DNA of 64,000 nucleotides from an uncultured Erysipelotrichaceae bacterium (GCA_902472945.1 CABRQJ010000001.1:1102-65101); one strand, 5' to 3'; counted from the stretch's first letter, positions 11,101-20,444 are shown. Translations and numbers: made by a program. Notes: a model not told the origin generated them from the letters alone.

Positions 11101-11268
11101 GTTATTCTCATCGACTTTAAGACCGACCATGCGGATAGTGAAACGATACGGAACCGCTATCAGGCACAGATTGAGGAATATAAAAAAGCACTGCATATCC
11201 TGTATCCAGAACAGACAATTCATGCCTATGCCTACAGTTTATATAACAGTGCCTTCATTTCCCTATGA
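8146..11268 (+). CDS. addA: ATP-dependent helicase/nuclease subunit A (AddA/RexA): UvrD-like SF1 helicase with C-terminal RecB-type nuclease
   Basis: N-terminal SASAGAGKTSVLVQR (Walker A), TFTKAAAEEM, and VDEFQDTS (motif II). C-terminal ILIDFKTD..EYKKAL nuclease motif. At 1040 aa it is shorter than Bacillus AddA. Confidence 0.88.
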   Translation: MALDKEQELARTITGTSVVVSASAGAGKTSVLVQRLLKRCLEDGVELDRILAMTFTKAAAEEMKKRLASSLSERYATEENKEKKQYIESQLIKLNNASITTIDSYCLSIIQKYYSVIGLDPATTENILDEGNSAILKHEAFLNTFQKLIKTNPESAMRLSSFFSARCEDYETLEETVFSIITHAGSGYDPDAFYAHALSSYGNFHGLKDFPEDIRNAFFDSLLVRIERMQDTLEEMVKIADETESKADIEKIYEKKMQLENCRNALLAQSYPAYQNALETCILTDPPADSKNVPYSTVRKQYTDGMKALLKDAYDEKILVEDVRKMAPVVNDLIQLAIDTSDCFSTMKKEHTCMDFTDMERFALNILNASNGEIADTIRSSFDEIMVDEFQDTSALQNAIIEKIAKADNVFRVGDVKQSIYRFREADPSLMRNLMKDPHQRCITLRHNYRSKQSIVEFNNLLFGKLLNIDGFADAYTEEDTVSIGRDAQKEEPVPVEFDLVKEDEEGTGDKERKAKWIAEKILLMHEEGRGFSDFCVLVRSHKNKLVLRSAFEAYGIPYEIDTREGFYNSSLCLEIQEMIQYMLNPKDNLALCSVLTSGLYHMEDEELAMLKTGRATLVAGVAEERPDIPTLFAELRNIAINRGIVEMFQEIAVTNDYYNRLSTHNKANFDFLLQKAAATKSSTLSDFLRLMQSGSEDRSSEASSHKKDDDTVQVVTIHQSKGLQYKVVFLWADNENRFNEKMDRVSIHNRLMLGVPYFDETYRLFRPTVNLMAVRHAIDMEDQQEFIRLLYVALTRAEERMFIVDVPSDKPMSKSVTRSLSSRRKGMSALLFAGGVGNPLFTIEEVSLQHLPPLPPLPHTFVDQLPKFAMDAQHIPPLHTPSSTEFTTLPPLSAKEKQVGKQYGTYMHECIAQLPDKVWEKEDFIPFSLSDHDTERLMAFAESDIYKKCLTMHIHKEDPFFVISEDGQYAITGSFDMVAENEEEVILIDFKTDHADSETIRNRYQAQIEEYKKALHILYPEQTIHAYAYSLYNSAFISL

Positions 11269-11291
11269 CCGCTTCGTGCGGTCATTTTTTA
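11266..11291. terminator. Bidirectional intrinsic terminator between convergent addA and the DUF4097 gene
   Basis: TGACCGC-TTCGT-GCGGTCA followed by TTTTTT. The hairpin overlaps both stop codons. Confidence 0.7.
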
Positions 11292-12290
11292 GTCTTTGCC
11301 AACTTCCACATCACCGCTGACAGTGCCGATGCTCAATACCCTTGAACCATCTGCATAAGCGTTGATGCCGTTGATATCACAATCTCCACTGACTGTACTT
11401 GTCTCGATCAATAGATCTTCATCATCTTCCAACTGTACATCAATATCTCCACTCACTGCCCCAAGTTCCATCTTTGCAAACCAGCCAATCCGGACATCCT
11501 GATCTCCTGAAACAGTGGATATCTTGCAAAGGGAGATTTCTTCTGTGGAAATATCCACATCACCACTTTTAGAAACGATTTCCATCGTTTCATACTTTCC
11601 ACCATCCACTTCCACATCACCGCTGATGGTATGCAGTACACAGTTTTTCACCTCAGTGTCATCCAGGTTCACATCACCAGATGTTGTTTTGATGTTCAGG
11701 TTATCAATAGAAATATCTTCGATGCGGATGTCTCCAGACACTAGGTCCATCTGAACATCTTTGAGTGATGGAACTTTCAATGTGACACGTGCGCCATGGA
11801 AATGTCTGTTATGGGATTCTTCGATGGTCAGCTTTTTATCTTCCATCATCACATTCACAGTATCGCTGTCATTGATTTTCAGGGAAGTACCATTCCCTTC
11901 TCCTTGTGCAATCTTCACATCGAGGGATACACCGGTGATAGAAATGGATTCCACATCTGTATATTCCGCTTCACTTGTTTGTGATGGATGGTCCGCAAAC
12001 AGTCTTCCCAGGGCATTGCGCAATGTTTTGCCGGCATTATAGAAAGAGTCTGCCACTTCATCCATGCGCACAATCTTCTCTGCCCCTATTTCCTGTAACA
12101 TACCACCAAGGTCACCGAGTGACTGTTTGACAGTGCGCACAGCTTCCTTTTCACTCATGCCACTCTTCAGACAATCCTGGTATTGTTCCTCTGCATCCAT
12201 CAGGATTTCATCCCGCAATGCCCGGATCTCATCTGTCATCTCATACTGGTCGAATACAATATCGACATATTCCCGTATTTCTTCCATCAT
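11289..12290 (-). CDS. DUF4097-family beta-strand repeat protein ('putative adhesin' fold) with an N-terminal helical domain. PadR-associated
   Basis: At least 8 tandem copies of the 'SGD(I/V)xhx' unit (VSGDIRIE, TSGDVNLD, ISGDVEVD, SGDVDIS, VSGDQDVR, VSGDIDVQ, VSGDCDIN, VSGDVEVG). Start overlaps the upstream PadR gene by 4 nt (ATGA). Confidence 0.8.
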   Translation of the reverse strand: MMEEIREYVDIVFDQYEMTDEIRALRDEILMDAEEQYQDCLKSGMSEKEAVRTVKQSLGDLGGMLQEIGAEKIVRMDEVADSFYNAGKTLRNALGRLFADHPSQTSEAEYTDVESISITGVSLDVKIAQGEGNGTSLKINDSDTVNVMMEDKKLTIEESHNRHFHGARVTLKVPSLKDVQMDLVSGDIRIEDISIDNLNIKTTSGDVNLDDTEVKNCVLHTISGDVEVDGGKYETMEIVSKSGDVDISTEEISLCKISTVSGDQDVRIGWFAKMELGAVSGDIDVQLEDDEDLLIETSTVSGDCDINGINAYADGSRVLSIGTVSGDVEVGKD

Positions 12291-12613
12291 TTCATCAACT
12301 TTCCCAGCATCTCAAGCGCTTCTTCAAACTCTTCCAGATTTCTTCGATAAGCTTCTTTTCCTTCTTCGGTAATGGCATAGTAACGCCTTCTTGCCCCATG
12401 GTCTTCATCACCCCAGTAAGAGCGGATATAGCCGGCATTCTGCAGACGCTTGAATGATGTATACAATGTCGCCTCATTCAGCTGATATTGTCCATCTGTC
12501 AATTCCGCTATACGCTTGTTGATGGCATAACCATAGCTGTCACCTTCATTGAGAAAGCGCAACAGTATTGTGTCGGTATTACCGCGAAGAAGATCTGCTC
12601 CAATTGTGCTCAT
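12287..12613 (-). CDS. PadR-family transcriptional regulator
   Basis: Winged-helix signature DTILLRFLNEGDSYGYAINKRI..GQYQLNEATLYTSFKRLQNAGYI..RRRYYAITEEG is classic PadR. Confidence 0.88.
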   Translation of the reverse strand: MSTIGADLLRGNTDTILLRFLNEGDSYGYAINKRIAELTDGQYQLNEATLYTSFKRLQNAGYIRSYWGDEDHGARRRYYAITEEGKEAYRRNLEEFEEALEMLGKLMK

Positions 12614-12657
12614 GCTGTGCCTCCTTGATTACATATTAGTATTATATACCTTATCTG

Positions 12658-13230
12658 TCAATGTATTGTTTGTCTTACCCATTCTATGCCTTTCTCCACC
12701 CTGTATGCAGTATCACTGAAATGGTTGCCAGGATTCATGATAAGTGTACAATCCGCATAACCACTTACCATTGCATATACTTCTTTTGTCTTGTCTTCAA
12801 TGGTGGACAGGATGGGGTTACGGCTGTTTTTCTCCTTGTCGCCAAGGGAGAAATATACCACTTTACTATGCAATGGATGGGTTTTGAGATAGTCCACAAA
12901 CCCCGGATACCAGAGTGAGGATGATGCGCTGACACAACCGATGAAACGGTCTGTCAAAGTGCAGCTGTACAAGGCAAATAACCCGGCAAGGGAATAGCCG
13001 GCAATGATCATCTTCTCAGGAAGATCCATTGCCAATATTTCCTGTAACAATTCATCTGCCTTTCCGGCAAAGTCCTCACCACCACGAAAGATCTTTTGGC
13101 TGTACCAGGGGGAAAGATCCCTGTTCCAGTCTATGTCACTCACCTGATACATAAGACCATCTATTCCTGTTTCCTCTTCCCCAATATAGAGAACCGGAAA
13201 CTGTTCTCCTTCTGCAACAACGATTTTCAT
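12658..13230 (-). CDS. Alpha/beta hydrolase (putative esterase family), GxSxG nucleophile GYSLAG
   Basis: Sequence IIAGYSLAGLFALY..D..H is consistent with a Ser-Asp-His esterase. Overlaps the upstream gene by 1 nt. Confidence 0.7.
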   Translation of the reverse strand: MKIVVAEGEQFPVLYIGEEETGIDGLMYQVSDIDWNRDLSPWYSQKIFRGGEDFAGKADELLQEILAMDLPEKMIIAGYSLAGLFALYSCTLTDRFIGCVSASSSLWYPGFVDYLKTHPLHSKVVYFSLGDKEKNSRNPILSTIEDKTKEVYAMVSGYADCTLIMNPGNHFSDTAYRVEKGIEWVRQTIH

Positions 13231-14009
13231 TATGCCGGAAGGAAGGAACCAAGGGACATGCCGTTAAAGACAAAGAACAGGAAGATGAGGACGAACAATG
13301 TGATGGCAATGACTTTGAGATATGTCAGTTCATATTTCTTCATCCTCGATAACAGGATGACGACATACAGGTTGATGGCGATAACAAACAGTGCTGTACC
13401 GGCAATGAAGCTGACAAAGAACAACAAAGCCGAAAGCAGTGTGACAAGGGATGGCACGAGTAACGTACCACATGTTGTACCAAAAGTACCCTGTATTCCA
13501 TTGTTCTGATAGTCTTCGAAAAACGATGCCATAAATAGAAACAAGAATACCACAATGGTCAGGATGATGCCTCCGCCAAAGAAGGACAGGATATCAAATC
13601 CTGCATTTTCAAGGATCAGTCCTGCATCAAAGGTTCCAAACATGCTGAGGAGTGGCGTGAACAAGGTGTCCAGCAGTCCATACAACATGGCATATAACAA
13701 CAATGTGTGGGCAAACAGGGAAAGCACGATGACCACAATGCCAATGAATGGGTTCATGTGGCTCTTTGCGGCAGGGTTGATGATAAAGGCAAGCACTTCA
13801 TCCTGTGCTACCTTCGTATCCCCGATCGTTGAATCCAGCAGTTTCTTTCCATTGTCCGCAATGGTATTCACAACCTTGTCTGCTTTTTCCTCTAATGTTT
13901 CTGCAGGTGATTCCTGTTCCACCTTTTCTTCTTCCTGTGGCTGACCACAATACGGGCAGAACTTCGCCCTTTCATTGATTTCTTTTCCACAGTGCTTACA
14001 TAGTTTCAT
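13230..14009 (-). CDS. Zinc-ribbon domain membrane protein (N-terminal CxxC..CxxC, at least 5 TM helices)
   Basis: MKLCKHCGKEI..KFCPYCG followed by long hydrophobic segments. RBS GAAGGGAG upstream. Confidence 0.7.
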   Translation of the reverse strand: MKLCKHCGKEINERAKFCPYCGQPQEEEKVEQESPAETLEEKADKVVNTIADNGKKLLDSTIGDTKVAQDEVLAFIINPAAKSHMNPFIGIVVIVLSLFAHTLLLYAMLYGLLDTLFTPLLSMFGTFDAGLILENAGFDILSFFGGGIILTIVVFLFLFMASFFEDYQNNGIQGTFGTTCGTLLVPSLVTLLSALLFFVSFIAGTALFVIAINLYVVILLSRMKKYELTYLKVIAITLFVLIFLFFVFNGMSLGSFLPA

Positions 14010-14031
14010 CTGTTAATCTCCCTTCTAAAGA

Positions 14032-14060
14032 AAGACCTGGCACTTCGTTTGCCAGGTCTT
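14032..14060 (-). terminator. Intrinsic terminator after the FHA gene
   Basis: Perfect 11-bp inverted repeat AAGACCTGGCA..TGCCAGGTCTT, with a T-rich stretch downstream on the minus strand. Confidence 0.6.
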
Positions 14061-14065
14061 GTCAA

Positions 14066-14701
14066 TCATTGTTCAAATGCATTGATGGCAATGCTAGCCC
14101 TGCCAAGGGTTACCACATCTCCCTCATGGATTTTTGCCCTGCCAAGAGGTGGAAGCTTTGTATCATTGAGGTATGTTCCGTTATGCTCAGAAACATCTTC
14201 AATATAGGCTGTGCCATCTTCAAGGATAAAACGGGCATGTCTGCGGGAAACAGCAGGTTCCGATATGACAATGTCACAGGAACTGGCCTCACGTCCCAGA
14301 AGACATGGGAAGTCGCGGACAACAGTATCGACAGTGTTGTTTCCAACAGTCACTGAAAGAGATATGCCGGTAATACCCGCTTTTGTTTCTTCCACAACCT
14401 TGTCACTGTTCATCACCGGTAAATCCGGCATCGGTACAGATTCTGTTTCTGCAGGAGAAACAACCGGTGGAATGATTTCATCTGCTGTAAGAGAAAAGTC
14501 ATCCAGGTTATCCTCAGGCTCTTCAACAGGCTGCAGTGGACGAACCGATGGTTTTTCCACAGGTACCTCTTTCTCCACATAGATAATCTGATTCTTCTTA
14601 AAGGCAAGTATAATCACTGCAAGGGCAAGTACACCAATGATGGCAAGCAGTACCATCGCAAAGATTTTGGCAAGCCCTGGATCTTCAAATATAGCGCTCA
14701 T
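14066..14701 (-). CDS. FHA-domain protein with an N-terminal transmembrane anchor
   Basis: C-terminal LGREASSCDIVISEPAVSRRHARF..EDVSEHNGTYLND..L..GDVVTLG is an FHA (forkhead-associated) fold signature. N-terminal TM segment FAMVLLAIIGVLALAVIILAF. Confidence 0.75.
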   Translation of the reverse strand: MSAIFEDPGLAKIFAMVLLAIIGVLALAVIILAFKKNQIIYVEKEVPVEKPSVRPLQPVEEPEDNLDDFSLTADEIIPPVVSPAETESVPMPDLPVMNSDKVVEETKAGITGISLSVTVGNNTVDTVVRDFPCLLGREASSCDIVISEPAVSRRHARFILEDGTAYIEDVSEHNGTYLNDTKLPPLGRAKIHEGDVVTLGRASIAINAFEQ

Positions 14702-14763
14702 CGTTCAATTTCCTTTCCGCTTTGTACTTATCATACATCGTTAACACGGTTTTCCCAACACCA

Positions 14764-15609
14764 TCATCCATGAACAAGTGCATAAATTCTGTTTTTGGAC
14801 ACACCTGTCTTCTGGGCAACTTCTTTCACTGCCTTCGAACGGCTTGTTCCAGCCTCTACCGCTTCATCGACCATCTGCCGCAATTGTTCATCGGAGTAGG
14901 TTTCTGTTTCTTTGGCACACCCTTCACATACGATGACCATTTCTCCTTTGAGATCATCCGCCACTTCCAACAGTTCTGAAATACTTCCCCTGAGGAATTC
15001 CTCATGTAACTTTGTCAGTTCCCTGGCAATGACACATTGCCTTTCACCAAGGACTTCTTCCATATTCCGCAATGTCTTTGCTATGCGGTGTGGTGCTTCA
15101 TAGAACACAAGGGTCATCGGATAATCCGCATATTCCACAAGTTTCTTCTTCCTCTCATTTTCAATAGAAGGAAGAAAACCGATGAAGATGAAGGGTTGTA
15201 CAACAAGACCCGAAGCCACAAGGGCATTGAGAAAGGCACTGCATCCCGATAATGGAATTACACGGTACCCTGCTTCTCTTACATCGAAGACAACCCTTTG
15301 TCCCGGGTCACTGACCAGTGGATAACCTGCATCTGAGATCAGGGCAACACTGTTTCCCTCTTCCAACAGGTTGACAATTCCAATGGCACTGGACTCTTCA
15401 TTGAAGTTCTGGCAGGCAATGAGCCTTTTATGAATGCCGAAGTGTTTCAATAACTGTCCACTTGTGCGCGTATCTTCACAGGCAATCACATCCACACTGT
15501 TCAATACTTCCACCGCTCTTGGGGTCATCTCACTGAGATTGCCAACCGGTGTTGGCACAAGGTAAAGAGCAGGTCCTGTTTCTGTAAACGATTTTTGTCT
15601 CTGCAACAT
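14764..15609 (-). CDS. rsmI: 16S rRNA (cytidine1402-2'-O)-methyltransferase
   Basis: TPVGNLSEMTPRAVEVL..IACEDTR..LISDAGYPLVSDPG..IPLSGCSA are tetrapyrrole-methylase-fold RsmI motifs. Position after ricT matches the conserved Firmicutes synteny. Confidence 0.9.
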   Translation of the reverse strand: MLQRQKSFTETGPALYLVPTPVGNLSEMTPRAVEVLNSVDVIACEDTRTSGQLLKHFGIHKRLIACQNFNEESSAIGIVNLLEEGNSVALISDAGYPLVSDPGQRVVFDVREAGYRVIPLSGCSAFLNALVASGLVVQPFIFIGFLPSIENERKKKLVEYADYPMTLVFYEAPHRIAKTLRNMEEVLGERQCVIARELTKLHEEFLRGSISELLEVADDLKGEMVIVCEGCAKETETYSDEQLRQMVDEAVEAGTSRSKAVKEVAQKTGVSKNRIYALVHG

Positions 15610-16763
15610 TATTCCTCTGCTTCTTTCTTCTTTCTTGAGAATGTGCGAACCGTTATATTCCGTGTCTCTGTCTTTGCATTGTCATGGCGTGGACGCTCAT
15701 GATGCTGGGGACGTCTGTTGCTATTCGGTTTGGCACTATGCTGTTCATGGTGTGGTTTGGCTGGTTCCTGCTTCTTGCGGGAGAATGTGCGCACTTCTGT
15801 CTTTGGGCGTTCCTCTTTCTCGACAGGTGCTGTATGTTGTGTTGTATGGATGACAGTCTTGCGGACTGGCTTTCCTTCTTCCTTCTTTTTCTGCATGACA
15901 ACACCTTTGCGGGGAATTGCCTTTGTGCGCAGTTCATCCAATGTGATAAACAGTGCATTTTCCCTGTTTTCAAGCTTTGCCTCATCAGACATGACATTCA
16001 TGTTCGTAATCCGGTAAATCTCTCCTTCATACTCAACCTGTGATCCCATCTTTGGCAGGTCCTTTGTCATCTCCTTGTAGTCTTCATTTTCATAGCTGAG
16101 GCAGCAGAGGAGTTTTCCACACATACCGGAGAGCTTGTCGATGTTCAAAGCGAGCAGCTGTGTCTTTGCCATATTGATGGAAATGACATCGAACCTCGAC
16201 TTGAACCTTCTGCAACAGCACTCCATGCCACACATGCCAATGCCACCTACCATCCTCGCCTTGTCTCGTTCACCGATCTGCCTGAGTTCAATGCGGCAGT
16301 GCAGCTTTGCGCCAAGGTGTTTTAACAACTCACGGAAGTCTACTCTTGTCTCAGAGAGATAGATGAAGAGGACCTTTGCCCTGTCGAGTGTATACTGGGC
16401 ACTCAGCAGGTTCATCGGCAGATCAAGTTCATGAATTTCGTGCTGGCAGATTTCAAAGGCACGGTCATTTTCCTTCTTGTTTGCCTCATACATCTTCTTG
16501 TCCTGTTCTGTCGCTACGCGCAATATCGGTTTTGTCGGCATGCGCAGTCCATAGCGGGCTATTTCAAGGGCTCCCCCTTCGCATATACCTAGTTCTATTC
16601 CTTGTTGTGTTTCGACCACAACATATTCACCTTTGGCAATCGTGTTGTCTTCTGTTCCAAAGGAATATGGTCTGCCTGCTGTTTCAAAGCGGACAGGAAC
16701 CGTATAGGTAAAGACGGGTGTTTCTACAGCTTCCGCCTGTTCAGTTTCTTTTTCTAACGTCAT
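15609..16763 (-). CDS. ricT: PSP1-domain protein RicT/YaaT (RNase Y regulator / stage 0 sporulation family)
   Basis: Cys-rich PSP1 C-terminal block GMCGMECCCRRFKSRFDVISINMAKTQ..SGMCGKLLCCLSYE. Basic low-complexity tail. Conserved position between holB and rsmI. Confidence 0.85.
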   Translation of the reverse strand: MTLEKETEQAEAVETPVFTYTVPVRFETAGRPYSFGTEDNTIAKGEYVVVETQQGIELGICEGGALEIARYGLRMPTKPILRVATEQDKKMYEANKKENDRAFEICQHEIHELDLPMNLLSAQYTLDRAKVLFIYLSETRVDFRELLKHLGAKLHCRIELRQIGERDKARMVGGIGMCGMECCCRRFKSRFDVISINMAKTQLLALNIDKLSGMCGKLLCCLSYENEDYKEMTKDLPKMGSQVEYEGEIYRITNMNVMSDEAKLENRENALFITLDELRTKAIPRKGVVMQKKKEEGKPVRKTVIHTTQHTAPVEKEERPKTEVRTFSRKKQEPAKPHHEQHSAKPNSNRRPQHHERPRHDNAKTETRNITVRTFSRKKKEAEE

Positions 16764-17739
16764 GAAAGAATTCCTCCATTTTCTGATATATTTGTGCTGT
16801 CAGAAGATTCTGGTCATTGAATCTTGTGCACAGGTCTTTCTCCCTGTGCATCCTGATGATCAGCTTTGCATAATCTTCCTGATGACCAACAGCCTGTTGT
16901 ACTGCATTCTGATACCAGGAAGGAACATGATGTCTTTTGAGAATCACATCATGGCAATACAGATCCAGAAGATCCAGAAACATGCGTATCATCTGCAGGT
17001 TCTCTGTCCTGTCAGATAATTTATAGCTGATATCATAATCCACAAGCCATTCTGAAAACGGTCCATTGATGCCAAGGCACTGTTTCAACATCGCAACGGC
17101 ATGGGTGTACATGTCACTTTTGACAAACTCTGCCACATTTTCATCTGCCTTGGCAAGATGTGATACAAACCATACATCTTCTTCCTCAATACCACTTTCC
17201 CTTGCTTTTTGCAAAAGATAGTCCTCGGATGGACGGACAAAATAGAGCACCGTACACCGTGAGACAATGGTTGGCAGGATCTGGCTGATGTTATCCACCG
17301 TCAGGATGATCGTGATATCCTTCCCTGGTTCTTCAAGAAACTTGAGCAGGGAATTCATGGCCGAAAGGGAACTGTTGCCGGCATTTAACAACACCGCAAC
17401 ACGTTGTCCTGTACCTGCTTCCCCACTGGTCTTACTAAACTTTTCCTGCAGGGCATCCACATCATCTTTGGAAATGGCTTTTTGTGTACCATCGAGTAGA
17501 ACAAAATCCATATGTCCGTTTTCTCTGACCCTGCGGCATGTATTACAGCTTTCACAGGCAAAGCCATCTTCCCTGTTTTCACAAAGCAGACTCATCGCAA
17601 GCAGTAGTGCTGCTTCCTTTTTACATGTCACATCCGGTCCTGCAAAAAGACATGCATGGGATACTGTCCCATTGACAAGGGCAATGCGCAAAGCCTCATA
17701 GACAAGGGGCTGTTCTTCTTTTAACTGCTCCTTAAGCAT
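16741..17739 (-). CDS. holB: DNA polymerase III delta' subunit
   Basis: AAA-like clamp-loader fold with HACLFAGPD..KEAAL..zinc module CESCNTCRR..H and an SRC-like motif (TIVSRC). Overlaps tmk by 8 nt. Confidence 0.85.
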   Translation of the reverse strand: MLKEQLKEEQPLVYEALRIALVNGTVSHACLFAGPDVTCKKEAALLLAMSLLCENREDGFACESCNTCRRVRENGHMDFVLLDGTQKAISKDDVDALQEKFSKTSGEAGTGQRVAVLLNAGNSSLSAMNSLLKFLEEPGKDITIILTVDNISQILPTIVSRCTVLYFVRPSEDYLLQKARESGIEEEDVWFVSHLAKADENVAEFVKSDMYTHAVAMLKQCLGINGPFSEWLVDYDISYKLSDRTENLQMIRMFLDLLDLYCHDVILKRHHVPSWYQNAVQQAVGHQEDYAKLIIRMHREKDLCTRFNDQNLLTAQIYQKMEEFFHDVRKRN

Positions 17740-18358
17740 CTAACAGTTCCTTTACTGCAGCATAGGCAGACTGTACAACTTCTGCTTCACTTCTTTCCGC
17801 ATCGATGATGATCATCCGCTCCTTGTAGCGTTCAATCACTGTCTGATAGCCATCATAGACACGTTTGTGGAAGTCAAGACCTTCCTGGTCAAGGCGGTCA
17901 AGGAATGTCCTTGCGCCAATCCGGGAAAGACCTGTTTCTGCTGAAACATTGAGGAATATCGTCTTGTCCGGCATCCGGTTTTCAATCGCAAATTGATTGA
18001 TGGCAAATACTTCATTCATGCCAATCTCTCTTCCTGCCCCCTGATAGGCAAGGGAAGAGTCCACAAAGCGGTCACTGATCACCGTAATGCCCTTTGCCAA
18101 TGCCGGAAGCACAATTTCCACCAGATGCTGCCTGCGGCTTGCGGCATAAAGCAAAGCTTCTGTACGTGCATCCATCTCTGTATTCTGCGGGTCGAGGATG
18201 ACATTGCGAACCTCTTCCGCAATCTTACTGCCGCCCGGTTCCCGGGTGTAAAGCACTGCATATCCATCTTCTGTCAGTTTTTGTACAACTGCCTTACTGA
18301 CAGTTGTCTTTCCGGATCCATCCGGACCTTCAAATGTAATAAACAATCCGTTTTTCAT
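17732..18358 (-). CDS. tmk: Thymidylate kinase
   Basis: FITFEGPDGSGKTT P-loop, TREPGG, and the DRF..SS..YQG LID region. Confidence 0.92.
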   Translation of the reverse strand: MKNGLFITFEGPDGSGKTTVSKAVVQKLTEDGYAVLYTREPGGSKIAEEVRNVILDPQNTEMDARTEALLYAASRRQHLVEIVLPALAKGITVISDRFVDSSLAYQGAGREIGMNEVFAINQFAIENRMPDKTIFLNVSAETGLSRIGARTFLDRLDQEGLDFHKRVYDGYQTVIERYKERMIIIDAERSEAEVVQSAYAAVKELLDA

Positions 18359-18422
18359 TCGTTTATTATATCATTTTCAGACTACTTGCGCCTATATTGA
18401 CCAATTATGTTAGAATAATCGC

Positions 18423-19235
18423 ATGACCAAAAAAAATAGAATAAGACATAAGAAACGGATTCGTGTCGACCGTCTTATCGTTCTTCTCATTATATTTGCG
18501 GCAATGATTACCGCCATATTCTATGGATGTTCATTGCTATTCCATCTTCTTTTCCCTGCAAAACCTGCAGAAGAAACTGCGACACCATCTACAACTTCAC
18601 CCGCTGTTACATCATCTCCCGATGAACAAGAAGAAGAGAATCCGGAACTCTATGATCCCAATTCTATTTTGTTTTGTGCCAACAAGAAACACCCGCTGCC
18701 TGATAACTATCAGCCTTCAGATCTAGTCTATGTCAATGTGACACAAACCCATGGAGATACTACATTGCGCAAAGAAGCAGCCGATGCCATGATTGCCATG
18801 TTTGATGCAGCGAAGGCTGATGGGGTGACATTGGTACTTGGATCAGGGTTCCGCGACCAGGCATACCAGACAAATCTCTACAATATGTATGTTGCTCAAA
18901 GTGGACAGGAATACGCAGATTCCATATCTTCAAGACCTGGTTATTCTGAACATCAGACTGGTCTAGCGGCAGATATCAAAGCCCCTGATGATGGTACATT
19001 TCTCGACGAAACCTTCATCAATACGCCGCAAGGCCAGTGGCTCTACAACAACGCCTACCGCTTTGGCTGGATATTGCGATACCCTGAAGGCAAAGAAGAT
19101 ATTACCGGTTATGACTATGAACCGTGGCATTACCGCTATGTTGGTATAGAAACCGCCACAGCCATGCACAACATTGACCCCAATCTCACATTTGAAGAAT
19201 ATTTCAATATTGAAGGCGGTACATACACCGAATAA
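18423..19235 (+). CDS. D-Ala-D-Ala / LD-carboxypeptidase of peptidase family M15B (VanY/LdcB-like), membrane-anchored
   Basis: SGFR..Q, SEHQTGLAAD and EPWHYRYVG are the VanY-type Zn-binding His/Asp/His context. N-terminal TM segment. The start has no SD; a TAGAAT box 7 nt upstream suggests a leaderless transcript. Confidence 0.78.
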   Translation: MTKKNRIRHKKRIRVDRLIVLLIIFAAMITAIFYGCSLLFHLLFPAKPAEETATPSTTSPAVTSSPDEQEEENPELYDPNSILFCANKKHPLPDNYQPSDLVYVNVTQTHGDTTLRKEAADAMIAMFDAAKADGVTLVLGSGFRDQAYQTNLYNMYVAQSGQEYADSISSRPGYSEHQTGLAADIKAPDDGTFLDETFINTPQGQWLYNNAYRFGWILRYPEGKEDITGYDYEPWHYRYVGIETATAMHNIDPNLTFEEYFNIEGGTYTE

Positions 19236-19258
19236 AGGAGAGGTTTTCCCTCTCCTTT
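19234..19258. terminator. Bidirectional intrinsic terminator between the VanY-like gene and the convergent alcohol dehydrogenase
   Basis: AAAGGAGAGG-TTTTC-CCTCTCCTTT perfect 10-bp stem. Confidence 0.75.
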
Positions 19259-19262
19259 GCTT

Positions 19263-20444
19263 TTACTCGCACATGCGATAGATGTTCAGACAATCTTCCT
19301 GCGTCAATGGACGATAGGCAAGCGGCAATGTATCTTTTCCATAACATGCCTTAACCTTCATTTCGTCAAACTTCCTGCTGTCAATCCCCACCTGCGATAA
19401 ATGAACCGGCAAGCCCAATTCATCTTTGATATAGGCTTGTAAAGCTTCGATTGCTTCTATGGCAACTGCTTTCTTATCCTCGCGATCCGCAACACCCATG
19501 ACATTTACACCAAACCGGGCAAAGTCCTCAATGACTGTTTCATCCTTTTCCAGTAAGTATTTCATCCACTTTGGCATCAGAATTGCCAGTCCCATGCCAT
19601 GTGTCATATCATAGGTAGAAGAGAATTGCTCAAGGGCATGTAAGGAAGGCTGTGTTTTGAAACCAGAAGTACAGAAACTGTTGAGTGCCCAGCTTGCGGC
19701 ATAGAGCAGCGTTGCCCTTGCCGCATAGTTTTCCGGTTCTCGAATGGCAACAGGCAGCTGTTCCCGCACTGTCTTCAACAATGTTTCCACCACATTAAAC
19801 TGCAATGGATACTTGTCAGAATTGACAAAATAATTCATATCAAACAGATGCGCCATGATATCAAATCCGCCACAAGCTGTCTGCTTTGCAGGTACGGTAA
19901 AGGTATTTTCCGGATTGAGGAAAGCTGCTTTAGGGCGAAGAACCTCCCCGTTAATTCCACTCTTTACACCCAGTTCCACATTTGAAATCACACAAGATTT
20001 GTCCATTTCACTGCCAGTGGATGCAATTGTCGGCATGGCAATGACAGGCAGAGCATCCTTCCAGCTGACCCGCTTCTCTACAAGATCCCAGATATTATCT
20101 GATTCTGATAAAGTTGTTGCAGCAATAGCTTTACAACAATCAATTACGGAACCTCCACCAACTGCCAGCACTACCTGAATCCCATGTTCTCTGCAAATGG
20201 CAACACCTTTGTTTACGGTTGTGTGGCGAGGATTCGGTTCAACACCAGACAATTCAAATAATGTAATCTGATTCTTCAGTAATTCTTCCACCACACGCTC
20301 ATACAGGCCGTTTCGTTTGATGGAACTGCCGCCATAGACTAGCAACACCTTATCCCCATAACGCAATACTTCTTCATGTAAATGATGCAGCTGGTTTGTG
20401 CCGAAATAGACCTTTGTTGTATTTTGAAATTGAAAATCGTTCAT
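19263..20444 (-). CDS. Iron-containing (group III) alcohol dehydrogenase, butanol-dehydrogenase-like
   Basis: GGGSVIDCCKAIA (GGGS NAD motif) and metal-binding His motifs (DMTHGMG..H). Start chosen at MNDFQFQ (ATG 20442-20444) with GGAAAGGAGAAG RBS. The track ORF has an 18-aa extension. Confidence 0.85.
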   Translation of the reverse strand: MNDFQFQNTTKVYFGTNQLHHLHEEVLRYGDKVLLVYGGSSIKRNGLYERVVEELLKNQITLFELSGVEPNPRHTTVNKGVAICREHGIQVVLAVGGGSVIDCCKAIAATTLSESDNIWDLVEKRVSWKDALPVIAMPTIASTGSEMDKSCVISNVELGVKSGINGEVLRPKAAFLNPENTFTVPAKQTACGGFDIMAHLFDMNYFVNSDKYPLQFNVVETLLKTVREQLPVAIREPENYAARATLLYAASWALNSFCTSGFKTQPSLHALEQFSSTYDMTHGMGLAILMPKWMKYLLEKDETVIEDFARFGVNVMGVADREDKKAVAIEAIEALQAYIKDELGLPVHLSQVGIDSRKFDEMKVKACYGKDTLPLAYRPLTQEDCLNIYRMCE

